Under the pieces are notes generated by a model. It was not told where the DNA came from. It searched no databases and saw nothing but the letters and a program-made list of their open reading frames with translations. From contig OZ059894.1 in NCBI GenBank assembly GCA_964057225.1, positions 17,112,001 to 17,176,000 of the forward strand: a stretch of 64,000 bases of DNA, written 5' to 3'. The translations under genes were made by a program, and so were the position numbers. Source of the DNA: Auanema rhodensis. Taxonomy: Eukaryota > Animalia > Nematoda. Below are positions 62,780 to 64,000 of the stretch, one piece after another (the first letter of the stretch is position 1; each line of letters starts with the position of its first letter).

Positions 62780-64000
62780 CTATATAAAAACTATTGAATG
62801 ACATGTAAATCTCCTCGAAATACAACCATTTTTTGAAATTCATGAGTTTCTTTTGTAGATTCTTACAAATTTTATTACAAATCCAATAAGATTGATAGCA
62901 TTCGCCAATGATTCTGCGATGAACTTTTTATAGAATCAACTTTTTTTCATGAAAGTTTTAGCATATCCGATTCATAATTGATTAGAACAATGAATTTTGA
63001 ATAAAATAATATATAGACAAATAGATTATTTGTAAAAGAAAGAAAGTAAGAAAAGTGAAAGTACTGATATGTTTTGATAATATTATAACAGGAAAGATGG
63101 CATATGAATTAGAACAAGAAATAATATAATTCTTTTTGGGTACTTTTGAATAGCTAAGAAGCTATAATCTTTGATCTTCTCACATATATTTTCAAATAAA
63201 AATAGTGAAAGATTCTGAAAATCTAGAATCATAAAAAAGCTTGAAATACATATAGTTACATCATAAAGAAAAATGAAAGTTGTTGCAATTAGAAGCGATA
63301 CATGATACATTATGATCTAGTAGAATTTTGTACTAATTTTTAATTATTTCACCATTTACAAGACAAGAAAAGGTGAAAAATATTGGAAACATGAATAATT
63401 TTTGTTAAAAAAAAAAGGAAAATCGCTAAGCTTGAATGGTAAACTCTATCTTTTCGGGATTTGTGAGGATTATCTATCAAATATGGGAATTCTTATTCAG
63501 TTGAATTTAATAAACCTCCGATGATACAGGACAATGTTCTGATTCAAAGTTTCAAAAAAATGACTTCCTTAGCAAAAATTCTGCTAGATCCATTTATTCG
63601 GTATTGAACAAGCTAATCTTATAGAAAAAAAGAAGGCCTTCTACGAACTAGTGTCGCTTGGCGCCCCGAAACCTGCGTCAGGTTCCAGGTTCTTGCATAC
63701 GCCCTGCAAGTATATAAGGCCACTGATTGCCCACAAGAACAAGCCACATCGAGCAGTTCGAGCTTTCCAAAGCATCAGCATTTCTTAAGAATTTACTGAT
63801 CTATCAGAGAGTTTACAGAACCATGTAATCCATAAGGCTTTTAAACGTATATCTGACTTAGTTTGAATTTGTTATTCGTTCCACTTCCATTTCTGAAAAG
63901 AAAATCTGTAATAATCGTACTTCTTCTAAATCTTTTCACTTCGGCTTTATAATCAAGCCAACACGACTACCTTCACAACTATTCTTTCCTGAATTTTCTT

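Noticed and set aside
1-64000. CRISPR arrays, prokaryotic systems, intact transposons, telomeric repeats
   Set aside because: No repeat-spacer arrays, transposase or reverse-transcriptase ORFs, long terminal repeats or TTAGGC arrays were seen.

Overview
AT-rich eukaryotic DNA from a nematode, most likely a clade V rhabditid; the species cannot be fixed from sequence alone. Splice acceptors are TTTCAG-type, most introns are about 40-55 nt, and gene spacing is operon-like. The ORF track is mostly noise because exons are short, so I rebuilt genes by manual splicing. In order: vab-8/KIF26-like kinesin (+, 5187-18004); an RPamide neuropeptide precursor absent from the ORF track (nlp-46-like, +, 21955-22222); an Sfp-type phosphopantetheinyl transferase (-) immediately downstream of rbm-25 (-); a divergent C2H2 plus WRKY/GCM-like zinc-finger gene followed by mrps-11 (+); a two-pore K+ channel (-); a GH20 hexosaminidase (hex-2-like, -); tRNA-Pro(AGG); about 20 kb with no recognisable protein gene; and the Frizzled cfz-2 (+, 59178-61148). 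The most notable points are a stop-containing 26-nt poison exon in rbm-25, an apparent GT-GG intron in the PPTase, an rbm-25 poly(A) signal sitting almost on the PPTase splice acceptor, an intact Walker A motif in VAB-8, and a variant RPamide peptide. Orthology calls rest on my recollection of C. elegans proteins, not on a database search. I found no evidence of a wholly new multi-gene system.
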